Shown here in pieces: positions 18,976-28,612 of a stretch of DNA of 64,000 nucleotides (the first letter of the stretch is position 1; the number at the start of each line of letters is the position of its first letter). A model generated the notes under the pieces. It was not told the DNA's origin. It saw nothing but the letters and a program-made list of their open reading frames with translations, and did no database searches. Origin of the DNA: Archaeoglobus sp. JdFR-37. Lineage in GTDB: Archaea; Halobacteriota; Archaeoglobi; Archaeoglobales; Archaeoglobaceae. A program made the translations under genes and the position numbers. The stretch is from contig MTMY01000007.1 in the NCBI GenBank assembly GCA_002010215.1, forward strand, positions 1 through 64,000, written 5' to 3'.

Positions 18976-20890
18976 TGAGTTGGAAAAATTAAAAGTTTAT
19001 GTACCCACTGCTCTCATCAGATATTACAGAAAAGCATACGAGAAAAATCCAGGGAAGTTCAGAGATCTGGAGAGATCGCTTGTAAGCGCCAGAATACCTG
19101 TTACAGCTCCGAAATATGCTGCAATTGTTACCTTTTATACGCTCCTCGTTTCTCCTCTGCTTGTCATCGCATCTTTATGGATTTCTGATGTGATTTATGC
19201 TGCATACACTTCTCTTTCTAGTTTATCCATTGGTGTGGGGTTTCCGATTGATAAATCAGCATTGGAGAGCGCAGTAAAATTCTCTTCAGAGATAATAGCT
19301 TTTATCCTCCTCTTTTATTTCCTCAGAACGGCATTGTTGAAGTATCCTTCCCTTTATGCTGCCCAGAGAAGGAGCAAGATAGATTCCACGCTTCCTCATG
19401 TTGTGAATATAATGCTGGGGATGGCGAAAGGCGGCAGCTCACCTCTTGAGATTTTCAGGACGATTGCTCAAGAAAGGGCAATTACCGGAGAGGTCGGAAA
19501 GGAATTTTCGATTGTTGTAAGGGATGTTGACTTTTTCCATAAGGACATCATATCTGCTCTTCGCAGCGTCGCCAATACGACACCATCTTCCAAACTCTCT
19601 GAATTTCTTGAAGACCTAATTAGTGTGCTGGAGGGTGGAGGGAGGCTGAGCGAGTTCCTCCAGTTCAAGTCATCCCACTACATAGAGGAAAGGGAAAGGT
19701 ATCACGAGATCTTCCTGAATTCCATGGGTGTGTTGGCGGAAATTTACGTGTCGGTATTCGTTGTGGCACCCCTCTTCGCTCTGATTATCTTTGTGGTCAT
19801 GGGAATGCTTGGAGAGGAAATCGAGAGACTGATGATAGCAATGGTGTACATTTACATCCCCGCTGGGGGAATTGCTTTCCTCTGGCTGGTGTATTCAATG
19901 GTAAAGGGTGAGAAAGTTGAGTGGACGGCTGAGAGACTCAGACCTATCACAATCAAGGCTAGGGTTGTGGAAGGTCAGCGGGAGCCAGGTTTCAAGGTCA
20001 AAACGGGTTTGGTGGCCCTAATCTTAAGAACATTTATACGGCTCAGAAGAACACTTAATCTCTCTCTATTTCTCTACAAGCCCGAGTATCTCCTTTACAT
20101 AACAATACCGGTATCTCTTGCCTTGCTAGCCCTTAGCTTCAACCGGTTGAAGTATGAAACCATTCTGATAGCACTTTTTGCCATCAACGCCTTTCCGTAC
20201 ACCATTGCAAATGAAATCCGGAGTTTCAGGGTGAGAAGACTGGAAAATGAGCTTCCGGAGTTCTTAAAGCAGCTTGCAAGCCTTAATGAAAGCGGTCTGA
20301 CAATAGTTGCCGCCTTAAGAGTCCTTTCCACAACAAACTTGGGTGCGCTCACCAGTGAGGTGATAAACATAAGAAAAGATATTGAGTGGGGAAAGCTTGT
20401 CACAGAAGCGCTTCAGAGGTTTGAGGCACGTGTTGGCAGTGCTGTGGTATCGAAGGTGGTATCGATTTTGATTAAAGCTCTAGAGTCGACAGATAACATA
20501 AAGGCTGCTCTTTTCACGGCTGCAACAGATGCTGAGATGTACCTTGAATTTAGAAAGAGGATGAGCAACGAGATGTTTGTGTATACCATCATAGTTTACA
20601 TGACTTTCGCGGTCTTTCTTTTCACCATCGTTGTCCTTTCAGAAAATTTCATCAATATATTTACGAAGATTGAAGCTCCCCAGACGTTTACTGGAGCAAG
20701 TTTCACCCTTCCAGATGTGGAAATGCTTACAAGGCTCTTTTACCACACAACACTCCTTAATGGGTTCTTCAGCGGCCTTGTGGCGGGAGTAATGGGGAGT
20801 GGGAGTGTTAGAGCCGGTATAAAACACTCCCTGCTTATGGTGGTGGTTTCGTTGATTGTATTCCATTATTTCTTGGGGGTGAGTTTATGA
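18950..20890 (+). CDS. Type IV pilus membrane platform protein (PilC/TadC, two T2SS-F domains)
   Basis: Two repeats of F domain plus TM helices; TTPS motif; coupled to the ATPase. Confidence 0.92.
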   Translation: MRRLKQKPDELEKLKVYVPTALIRYYRKAYEKNPGKFRDLERSLVSARIPVTAPKYAAIVTFYTLLVSPLLVIASLWISDVIYAAYTSLSSLSIGVGFPIDKSALESAVKFSSEIIAFILLFYFLRTALLKYPSLYAAQRRSKIDSTLPHVVNIMLGMAKGGSSPLEIFRTIAQERAITGEVGKEFSIVVRDVDFFHKDIISALRSVANTTPSSKLSEFLEDLISVLEGGGRLSEFLQFKSSHYIEERERYHEIFLNSMGVLAEIYVSVFVVAPLFALIIFVVMGMLGEEIERLMIAMVYIYIPAGGIAFLWLVYSMVKGEKVEWTAERLRPITIKARVVEGQREPGFKVKTGLVALILRTFIRLRRTLNLSLFLYKPEYLLYITIPVSLALLALSFNRLKYETILIALFAINAFPYTIANEIRSFRVRRLENELPEFLKQLASLNESGLTIVAALRVLSTTNLGALTSEVINIRKDIEWGKLVTEALQRFEARVGSAVVSKVVSILIKALESTDNIKAALFTAATDAEMYLEFRKRMSNEMFVYTIIVYMTFAVFLFTIVVLSENFINIFTKIEAPQTFTGASFTLPDVEMLTRLFYHTTLLNGFFSGLVAGVMGSGSVRAGIKHSLLMVVVSLIVFHYFLGVSL

Positions 20891-22485
20891 GAAATGATGG
20901 GGTTTCACCCCTCATTGGCATGATTCTCGGCTTGGGTATAATTGTAGGTTTTATTGGAATCGTTCAGAACTTTTTCGTTCCAGAGTGGATGAAAGCTGAG
21001 GAGTGGGATCATTACGAGCTGGTTTCTTCCGAATTTTCATATCTTGCGAAAATAGTAGCTCTTTCATCAAGCACTGGAAGTCCTAATACCGTTACCATTG
21101 ATATGGGGGTTAAACATTCGGATTATCCTTTTCTGTTAACCCCACCCGACACTGCAAGCTTTATAAAAGTTAGGGAACTTTATATTAATATCACATATTA
21201 TGAGATATTCCCTAATAGGAGTATTGCCTTAAAACCAAAAACGCTTGTGCTTAACACTTCAGCCATCATTCTTAAACCCGATTATGTCTATCTGGATGAT
21301 GTGGAGTTCACTTATGAGCATGGTTATGCCTTCAAGAGATATAGGAATGCGAATGTAACTCTAACGGATCAAAACATGTTCATAGGAGATACTGTGAACA
21401 TCTACATAATCAACACAACCTTTGACTCTCTAGCCACAACCCAGCCGTTAAACTTGGTTTTTTCACCGCTATCCTATGGAGGAGTCATCAGCGTTGCAAA
21501 TGCCACAATCCAGTTTGAGTCTCTAAACCCCAGTTATTGGGAAAGTATTGGAGCCGATGTTACTGGCAATATTGTTGAGGTTAATGTTACAAATGCTCGC
21601 CTGAAAATTGCTACAATTATGGTCACTTCCAGTGGGAGTAACATAACAACAACATCAGATATCTCGCCACAACTAAATGAACTTGTACCTCTATCTTCAC
21701 AACTGAATCTCTTCGTTGGTGAGACTGAGAAGGTTGAAGTGATGGCAAGAGATCAGTTTGGTAATCCGATTACCGGTATAACAATTAATGCGTCTATCTC
21801 AGGAAATATAGGAAATTTTGATGGAAGTTTTGCGACTTCAGAAAAGACGGATGCAAATGGAATTGCAACGTTTTATTTCACAGCTACAAACGAGGGTCTC
21901 GGTACATTAAATTTCGAAGCAGAATCAAAGCAAGCATCACTTCCTGTAGAAGTTATTGACGTTAATACCAGTGTTGAGAAGAAATGGGATCAAGATAAAT
22001 CCAATACTTCAGTCGTTGTGTCTCCTGATTTTGTGTGGACGGGCATATCAGGTGCCAGTAAGATTGTACTGAAAAATGCTGTGAGTCTTACTGGACAGGA
22101 TAATAATAAATTTAATATAATATTCACTCTTTATAATTCAAGCACTTATTATACTTTTGGGGTGGGACTGAAAATAGAAGGAGACGAATATAAAGTTAAA
22201 TCCAAAAAAGTATTTCTATATAAAAATGGACAGGAACTGTTCAATAACAAAGAGCTAAATTCCACCGCATGGGACAATATTTTTACAAATATTGGGACAG
22301 ATATATTGGATGTGGACAATTACGCGAGCAGTGATCAGTCTTCGATTGAAACCTACCTTCAAGAGGTAATTAATTTCCTCCAGAATGCTCCGCCTTCTGA
22401 TCCAGTAAAGCTCGCAGTGCAGAATATTGGCTTCCAAGAGGAGCATGGAGGTGGTGGCTGGAAAGTGGATATTCAGATTATATGA
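20887..22485 (+). CDS. Large pilin-like protein/adhesin with class III signal peptide and Ig-like (Big_1-type) domain
   Basis: MRNDG|VSPLIGMIL... prepilin-like N-terminus; ARDQFGNP...TDANGIATF invasin/Ig motif; many N-glycosylation sequons. Confidence 0.8.
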   Translation: MRNDGVSPLIGMILGLGIIVGFIGIVQNFFVPEWMKAEEWDHYELVSSEFSYLAKIVALSSSTGSPNTVTIDMGVKHSDYPFLLTPPDTASFIKVRELYINITYYEIFPNRSIALKPKTLVLNTSAIILKPDYVYLDDVEFTYEHGYAFKRYRNANVTLTDQNMFIGDTVNIYIINTTFDSLATTQPLNLVFSPLSYGGVISVANATIQFESLNPSYWESIGADVTGNIVEVNVTNARLKIATIMVTSSGSNITTTSDISPQLNELVPLSSQLNLFVGETEKVEVMARDQFGNPITGITINASISGNIGNFDGSFATSEKTDANGIATFYFTATNEGLGTLNFEAESKQASLPVEVIDVNTSVEKKWDQDKSNTSVVVSPDFVWTGISGASKIVLKNAVSLTGQDNNKFNIIFTLYNSSTYYTFGVGLKIEGDEYKVKSKKVFLYKNGQELFNNKELNSTAWDNIFTNIGTDILDVDNYASSDQSSIETYLQEVINFLQNAPPSDPVKLAVQNIGFQEEHGGGGWKVDIQII

Positions 22486-22620
22486 TGTTAAATTCTGGTC
22501 AATCACATTTAGGATGACCTTTCAGAGCTGGCTGGTGCACTTAAAATTACTTGAAATTGGATAGACCAATTCTGATCAGGAGGCTTTAGGTTTTTTACCA
22601 CTTCCTCCACATTATCTACT

Positions 22621-22844
22621 ATGACTACAAAATCCATAAAGGCAAGCTAGGAAACCTACACTAAACTCGTTTGAAATTGCAAGTAAACTGCAGGTTGAGC
22701 TGAAAAAACCGGTCTTTATTGAGGAAGCCGTAAGTATCTGATAAGAACGAAAGTAAGCAATTTAGGCAGATCATGGGAAGTCAACGACGAAGAAGTCGAG
22801 AAAATCAAAAAGGCCATAGAAGGGGGTGGAACGCTTGGAAATAG
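22621..22844 (+). pseudogene. Degraded VapB-type antitoxin
   Basis: MTTKSIKAS*ETYTKLV / EIASKLQVELKKPV.IEEAV / ..LGRSWEVNDEEVEKIKKA..W..WK, interrupted by a stop and frameshifts. Confidence 0.7.
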
Positions 22845-22963
22845 TCTGTTTAGATGCTGATATTCTCATAGACTTTCTAAAGGGAAACGCTGTGGTTATA
22901 AAGGAAATTCAGCAACTTGAGGCTAAACATCAGCTTGTAACGTTGAAATTGTGCTGCAGTTAA
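22835..22963 (+). pseudogene. Truncated VapC PIN-domain toxin
   Basis: (M)EIVCLDADILIDFLKGN... PIN N-terminus; stops after 42 codons; overlaps the antitoxin end. Confidence 0.75.
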
Positions 22964-23005
22964 ATTGTTAGAGCAAAAGGTAAAAATGCCAGACGATTAG
23001 CATCT

Positions 23006-23398
23006 TTACCTGCACAAAACAACCTCAAACCTCCTCGCACAGTAATCGAGCAGGAATCTGAAGTCCTTTGCGAATTCCACTCCCACGACCACCTCTTCGA
23101 CACCTCTTGACGCCTCCACGAAACCATCTTTAGACAGGTTAAGTTCTGAAAGCGTTAATTTGCCATAAGTGCCAACAGTCTCTGCAATGCTGCCGTTGGG
23201 CAAAACAGCAGCCCTTTTATACTGGCTTAGTTCATCAAATCTTAGTTTTTTGAATAGATTTTCAGGAATTATGGCAAAGCCTTCGTAACCGGTATCGAAA
23301 ACGGCAAATGTATTTCCTTCATCAGGATACCTTGTTGAAAGCATAGGATTCTCCAGAACGATCTCTAAAACAGGTGTTCCATTGAGGAGATGTCCCAC
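23006..23398 (-). CDS. Clan AA retropepsin-like aspartic protease (AF_0612-like family)
   Basis: AVFDTGYEG catalytic motif, LPNG flap, VVVGVEF C-terminal motif. Confidence 0.85.
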   Translation of the reverse strand: MGHLLNGTPVLEIVLENPMLSTRYPDEGNTFAVFDTGYEGFAIIPENLFKKLRFDELSQYKRAAVLPNGSIAETVGTYGKLTLSELNLSKDGFVEASRGVEEVVVGVEFAKDFRFLLDYCARRFEVVLCR

Positions 23399-23404
23399 AG
23401 CGTG

Positions 23405-23713
23405 TCACCTCCACCCCCTTTTTATCAGGGGTCTGATGGTTCCGTGGAAATTATTCTCACGTCTCTTGGGCCCACTCTCTTCTCACGCAAAATTTCGGCG
23501 AGTTCATCAAGATTAGAGGCCTGAGCGATTAGTTGATCACCCATATATGCTTTAAAGTAAACTGTTTTCCGGTAGAGGGATGAAAAAGTAATTCTTGAGA
23601 GCATCCTCAACTACTTTGGATATGGCTCCTTTGCTGGAACCGTACATCTCTCTTACGATCTCTCTCAGCTTCTTTTCAGTCTCATCGCTGAGTGAAATGA
23701 TCAGCGTTCCCAT
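23405..23713 (-). pseudogene. Frameshifted ribbon-helix-helix protein, upstream partner of the aspartic protease
   Basis: MGTLIISLSDETEKKLR...GAISKVVEDALKNYF joins SSLYRKTVYFKAY...LDELAEIL if one base is removed from the A5 run at 23583-23587; probable second shift near the C-terminus. Confidence 0.7.
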
Positions 23714-24011
23714 ATAATTAATTATTAATTAAATAGTAATTAAATTTTTTGAATCGAATGGCTACATGCATAATTCAGAATAATTCTTGTATTCTGAAGA
23801 TCCGCGATCTAATCTTCGAGCCTGAAATAATCCATTGGATAATCCCGTGTTCAAATCTCAATTACTTGTATTTGCAATACATCCGATAGAATCCAAAGAA
23901 AGATTGTACAGGAACTTTGTTCTCCGACAATCAAACGATTTCACAAAAATAAATACAGCTTTACAACATCCACCGCAACTAATATCTTTTAGAAATCCCA
24001 TAATATCTACT

Positions 24012-24275
24012 ATGCCAAAGGCTCCCTATGTTAGGGAGTACAAGCAGAGCAAATCCAGAGGAAAAGACTACATGATCAGATGTGATGGGTGTGGCAGGAA
24101 AGTGCCCAGATTCAAGACTTTTGTGGGCTATCGAGGCTTTAGAGTTGATTATGAAATCCAGAGGATGGTGGGGAGTAAAAACATCCACACAATAAGCATC
24201 AAAAGCTATTACTGCCCCAAATGTGCAAGGAATCTGGGAATTGTTCAGCCTGGGAAGCTTGGCAGGAGACGATAG
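24012..24275 (+). CDS. rps26e: Ribosomal protein eS26 (S26e) homologue
   Basis: MPK...RG...IRCDGCGRKVPRFK...YCPKCARNLGIV matches the eS26 pattern (C-x2-C-x3-VP-x2-K ... YC-x2-CA-x2-xGIV); 87 aa, very basic. Confidence 0.8.
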   Translation: MPKAPYVREYKQSKSRGKDYMIRCDGCGRKVPRFKTFVGYRGFRVDYEIQRMVGSKNIHTISIKSYYCPKCARNLGIVQPGKLGRRR

Positions 24276-24310
24276 GCTGCAATAGAAGTATATGGTGCAT
24301 TGGGGCGCAA

Positions 24311-24595
24311 TCATCCGTCACTTGGCAAATCCCACCTATCACTCGGATTTCGCTGGAGATATTTCTCCACCAGAACTATGTCCGGCTCCACACCAAAGAA
24401 GTTAGCTAGGCTTAGGATCATGAATAGCACATCTGCCAGCTCCTCTTCAACGTCGTCCTTGACACCTTTCCTTACAGCCTCTGCAAGCTCCCCTACTTCC
24501 TCAAATAACACAGCCAGCAAAAACAACTCTCCCGACTTCCTGTCTAGATCATAGTACCTTTTTTTTATTTCATCTCTCAAATCTTTCACACTCAT
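24311..24595 (-). CDS. MazG-like NTP pyrophosphohydrolase
   Basis: EEVGELAEA...EEELADV motif. Confidence 0.9.
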   Translation of the reverse strand: MSVKDLRDEIKKRYYDLDRKSGELFLLAVLFEEVGELAEAVRKGVKDDVEEELADVLFMILSLANFFGVEPDIVLVEKYLQRNPSDRWDLPSDG

Positions 24596-24664
24596 CACAC
24601 CTGTCAAGTCTGAACCTCCTGAAGGCGATTACCTTAAATACACTATAATCTTTTTTTTAATGCA

Positions 24665-26110
24665 ATGCCTGAAACCTCTGAATATTACCAGCATGACTAC
24701 ATTGTTATTGGCTGTGGTGGATTTGGATTAGCGGTGATAAAAGACTTATCCAGAACAAACAAAAAGGTTCTTGCTGTTGACATCAATAGGGAGAAGGTGG
24801 AAGTTCTCATTGAACAGGGGATTGAGGCTGTAGAAGGGGATGCGAAAGATAAATCCTTTTTCGACCGGATTGATTATTCCAGAGTTTCAGCAGTTCTGAT
24901 ATTCACCCCTGACGATGACGTGAACACCTTTGCGGTTGAAGAGCTCAGAAAGAGGAGCATTGGAATATTCATAGTCGTCAGAGCTTCCGACATTAAAGCA
25001 AAGGAAGAGATGGAGCAGAAGGGAGCTGACTATGTCGTAACGCCTTATGAAGCGATGAAAAGTGTTGTTGTCAGCGCCCTGAAAAGGATGGAATCTATAA
25101 GGCGAGTCAAGAGGCTCCGGGAAGTTCTTGAGACCGTCAAGAACGGTAAGCTCGGAATATTCACTCACGACAACCCTGATCCAGATGCAATATCTTCTGC
25201 TATGGCTCTCAGAGAAATAGCAAGGCATTATGGTGTTGAGGCGGACATTTTGTATTTTGGTGAGATATCTCACCAGCAGAACAAAGCGATGGTAAATCTC
25301 CTGGAGATCTCCATTCTGAGTGCAGAGGATATAGATCTCTCTGCTTATAGGAAATTTGCTCTGGTGGATTCTTCTGCACCCGGCGTCAACAATTCAATTC
25401 CGGAAACAATAAAACCGAGCATCGTAATTGACCACCATCCCGCAGATAATGTGGAGGGTGAATTTGTAGATCTTCGGGACGATGTTGGAGCCACAGCAAC
25501 GATTCTCGCTGGCTATCTCCAGGATTTGAAAATAGTTCCCAGCAGAACTCTGGCAACAGCCCTATTCTTCGGAATACAAACTGAAACTGAGGAGTTCAGA
25601 AAGAACACCAGAACTGCTGATTTTACGGCTGCAGCATTTCTCTATCCGTTTGTTGACCATGAGATGATTGAGAAGATGGAGGGACCAGCCCTCTCAACTG
25701 AAACTCTTGATGTACTTGGTACAGCAATAAAGAACAGACAGGTATTCTCGTCATTCGTGATCTCCTTTGGCGGCTTCATAAACGACAGAGATGCTTTGCC
25801 TCAGGCTGCCGACTTTTTGCTGAAGCTGGAAGGAATCTCAACTGTATTAGTCTTTGGAATTTTGAAGGATGTAGTTTATATTTCAGCGAGAAACAAGGAT
25901 GTCAGGATAAATATCGGCGAGGTTCTGAAGAAGGCCTTTGGCGATGTAGGTAGTGCTGGCGGACATGCTCATGCTGCAGGTGGACAAATTCCTCTCGGCA
26001 TTTTTGGAGACGTTTCAGACAGAGAAATGCTCTCAAAGCTTGTTACAGAGGCAGTGAAACGAAGATTCTTGAATGCTGTAGGAATTGAACACACACCTGA
26101 GAAAATCTGA
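24665..26110 (+). CDS. TrkA-N (RCK) domain fused to DHH/DHHA1 phosphoesterase
   Basis: GCGGFG Rossmann fold, HDNPDPDA, IDHH, GGHAHAAGG. Confidence 0.92.
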   Translation: MPETSEYYQHDYIVIGCGGFGLAVIKDLSRTNKKVLAVDINREKVEVLIEQGIEAVEGDAKDKSFFDRIDYSRVSAVLIFTPDDDVNTFAVEELRKRSIGIFIVVRASDIKAKEEMEQKGADYVVTPYEAMKSVVVSALKRMESIRRVKRLREVLETVKNGKLGIFTHDNPDPDAISSAMALREIARHYGVEADILYFGEISHQQNKAMVNLLEISILSAEDIDLSAYRKFALVDSSAPGVNNSIPETIKPSIVIDHHPADNVEGEFVDLRDDVGATATILAGYLQDLKIVPSRTLATALFFGIQTETEEFRKNTRTADFTAAAFLYPFVDHEMIEKMEGPALSTETLDVLGTAIKNRQVFSSFVISFGGFINDRDALPQAADFLLKLEGISTVLVFGILKDVVYISARNKDVRINIGEVLKKAFGDVGSAGGHAHAAGGQIPLGIFGDVSDREMLSKLVTEAVKRRFLNAVGIEHTPEKI

Positions 26111-26121
26111 AAGTCATCTCT

Positions 26122-27006
26122 TCATCTTCTCTCTATCCTCCCCATAATCTTGTCATAGGTGGTTCTCAGGTCCTCTCTTCCCACTGAACAAACGTGAATG
26201 ATTGCATAAGCGATCTCTGGCATCTCTTTTCGAAGCTTTCTGGCAATCTCCTCTGTCAACTCATCGGCTTCTCTGACTGTCATGTCTCCTCTCACAGCTA
26301 TATGCATGTCAAGATGGATGCTGTCCTTACCCATGTATGTTGCTATTATGTCGTGGACATTCTCAACCTCTCTGAACTCCTCCACAACACTTCTGACTTT
26401 TCTGTAAAAGGAGTCATCCGGGCTCATCCCCAGTAACATTTCGGCATTGCTCCTAAAAAGAATGTAGCCGTTGTATGCGATTATTAAGGCGATAATCATT
26501 GACAGCAAACCATCAACATGAGGGTAAAATGTGGAAAGAGCTATACCTATAGAACCGCCAGTGCCTGATATTACGTCGTTTTTCAGCTCGAATCTGGCAG
26601 CGACCTCCTCAGGTAGCTGATATTTTCTAGAGTATAGAAAGACAGCAAGCAAAACCAGTGTAGTGACGATCATTATTGAAAGGGCAAAGCCTGGCATGTA
26701 GACTTCAGATGGGTTGAGGAACCTTCTGAAACCCTCAACAAACAGCTCCAGTGAGACAACGGTGATGAAAACGATTCCTGCCACCATGGAGCTGAGATTT
26801 CTTGCCAAGCCATGGCCGAGGGGGTGGCCATAGTCTGCTGGTTTCTCCGAAATCTTTGATGCGTAATGCAAGACGATCAAGACAACAATATCCACAAGAC
26901 TGTGGAGAGCTTCAGCCAGAATAACAAGGAAACCGCTAATTAAGTAGCCAACGACTCGGGCAGCGAAGAGAAGAATGTATATTGTCATCACTTTTTTAAG
27001 AAGCAC
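26122..27006 (-). CDS. Cation diffusion facilitator (CDF) transporter
   Basis: AEALHSLVD, KPADYGHPLGHG, C-terminal dimerisation domain; start approximate. Confidence 0.9.
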   Translation of the reverse strand: MLLKKVMTIYILLFAARVVGYLISGFLVILAEALHSLVDIVVLIVLHYASKISEKPADYGHPLGHGLARNLSSMVAGIVFITVVSLELFVEGFRRFLNPSEVYMPGFALSIMIVTTLVLLAVFLYSRKYQLPEEVAARFELKNDVISGTGGSIGIALSTFYPHVDGLLSMIIALIIAYNGYILFRSNAEMLLGMSPDDSFYRKVRSVVEEFREVENVHDIIATYMGKDSIHLDMHIAVRGDMTVREADELTEEIARKLRKEMPEIAYAIIHVCSVGREDLRTTYDKIMGRIERR

Positions 27007-27141
27007 GTGACCACTGAGACAAAGTGGCAAATAAAGATTATCCCATCCTGTTTCGGGGAGCAATTGGGGAGAGATACTTTTAAATACCCTTCCCGATAGT
27101 TGCCAAAGCTAAAAGTTTACGATGATGGGAGGCATGAATAC

Positions 27142-27519
27142 ATGAGCAGGTTGAGAAAGCTGCAGAGGAGAAAGAGCAATCCCAATCTTTCCGCTCTCAT
27201 AGACACGTTGCTGGAGGAAGGAGCGAAAAACAAGGCTACTATATGGAAGGACGTTGCAGAGAGACTTGCAAAGCCAAGGAGACTCTATGCAGAGGTGAAC
27301 CTCTCGAAAATCCAGAAATATGCCAGAGAAGGCGAGACGATTCTGGTGCCGGGAAAAGTTCTGGGAAGTGGTGAAATAGATAAGAAGGTAGATGTTGCCG
27401 CCCTTTCATTCTCTGAAAAGGCAAAATCAAAAATTGAGACTTCTGGTGGGAAATGTCTGACGATACTGGAACTTGTAAGAGAAAATCCGAAAGGAAGCAA
27501 CGTCAGGATTATTGTGTGA
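27142..27519 (+). CDS. rpl18e: 50S ribosomal protein eL18
   Basis: KSNPNL...IWKDVAERL.KPRR..AEVNL, VPGKVLGSG. Confidence 0.97.
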   Translation: MSRLRKLQRRKSNPNLSALIDTLLEEGAKNKATIWKDVAERLAKPRRLYAEVNLSKIQKYAREGETILVPGKVLGSGEIDKKVDVAALSFSEKAKSKIETSGGKCLTILELVRENPKGSNVRIIV

Positions 27520-27538
27520 GCTTTGTGAGGTGGTTTTA

Positions 27539-28012
27539 ATGAGTGTTAGTGTTGAGAGAGTCATCAAAACTCTTGGTGACGACTTCGTTGTAATTGATGC
27601 AGAAAATCATGTTTTGGGCAGACTTTCAAGCATAATTGCAAAGCGTTTGCTTAATGGTGAGAAGATTGTGGTTGTGAACGCCGAAAAAGCTGTTGTAACC
27701 GGCGACAAATACATGGTCTTTGCCAGATACAAAGAGAAATACGACAGGGGGAGCAAGGAGAAAGGCCCGTATTTCCCAAGACATCCCGAAAAAATCTTCA
27801 AGAGAACTGTCAGAGGAATGCTGCCTTGGAAAAGCAGAAGAGGGAGAGAGGCTTTCAGAAGGCTCAGAGTCTTTGTAAGTGTTCCAAAAGAGCTTGAAGG
27901 CAAGGAATTCATTACTGTTGATGATGCTCTTCTTTCGAAAGTTTCAAAGACCGAAAAGTATGTGTCTCTTCAGGAGATCAGCAGATATTTGGGTTATGAG
28001 GTGAAAGCATGA
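27539..28012 (+). CDS. rpl13: 50S ribosomal protein uL13
   Basis: [25 protein letters not shown]. Confidence 0.97.
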   Translation: MSVSVERVIKTLGDDFVVIDAENHVLGRLSSIIAKRLLNGEKIVVVNAEKAVVTGDKYMVFARYKEKYDRGSKEKGPYFPRHPEKIFKRTVRGMLPWKSRRGREAFRRLRVFVSVPKELEGKEFITVDDALLSKVSKTEKYVSLQEISRYLGYEVKA

Positions 28013-28407
28013 AAATCGTTGTTACCAGCGGTAAGAGGAAGACTGCAGTAGCAAGAGCTACTGTCAGGCCGGGAGCTGGCAGGATAAGGATAAACAAGAT
28101 TCCCGTAGAACTTCTGCAGCCCGAAATGGTCAGGATGACAGTTATGGAACCCCTCATCATCGCTAAAGAGCTGGCAAATAAGGTTGATATTGATGTTGTG
28201 GTTGATGGCGGTGGCTTCATGGGGCAAGCAGAAGCTGCCCGAACCGCAATTGCAAGAGGACTGCTGGAGTTCAGCAATGATGCAGAGCTGAAAAGAGTTT
28301 TTCTTGAGTATGACAGAACTCTGCTTGTTAATGACATAAGAAGAAAGGAGCCCAAGAAGCAGGGTGGAAGAGGAGCAAGAAAGAGGAGACAAACTTCGTA
28401 CAGGTGA
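28009..28407 (+). CDS. rps9: 30S ribosomal protein uS9
   Basis: [25 protein letters not shown]. Confidence 0.98.
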   Translation: MKIVVTSGKRKTAVARATVRPGAGRIRINKIPVELLQPEMVRMTVMEPLIIAKELANKVDIDVVVDGGGFMGQAEAARTAIARGLLEFSNDAELKRVFLEYDRTLLVNDIRRKEPKKQGGRGARKRRQTSYR

Positions 28408-28411
28408 ACTC

Positions 28412-28612
28412 ATGTTTCCCATTCGTTGCTTTTCCTGCGGGGCTGTGATTGCCCACAAGTGGGAGGAATATTTAGCGAAGCTTAAAGAGGGTAAAAGTGC
28501 AAAGGATGCACTTAACGAGCTTGGGATAGACAGATATTGTTGCAGACGGATGTTCCTGACCCACAAATCTGTGATTGATGAATTTGCCCGATTTAGAGGG
28601 GCCGTAGGGTAG
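28412..28612 (+). CDS. rpoN: RNA polymerase subunit Rpo10 (N)
   Basis: PIRCFSCG...RYCCRRM. Confidence 0.97.
   Translation: MFPIRCFSCGAVIAHKWEEYLAKLKEGKSAKDALNELGIDRYCCRRMFLTHKSVIDEFARFRGAVG

Noticed and set aside
23835..24011. 59-codon N-terminal extension of the eS26 ORF in the ORF track
   Set aside because: eS26 similarity begins at MPK (ATG 24012); the upstream part looks like non-coding promoter DNA
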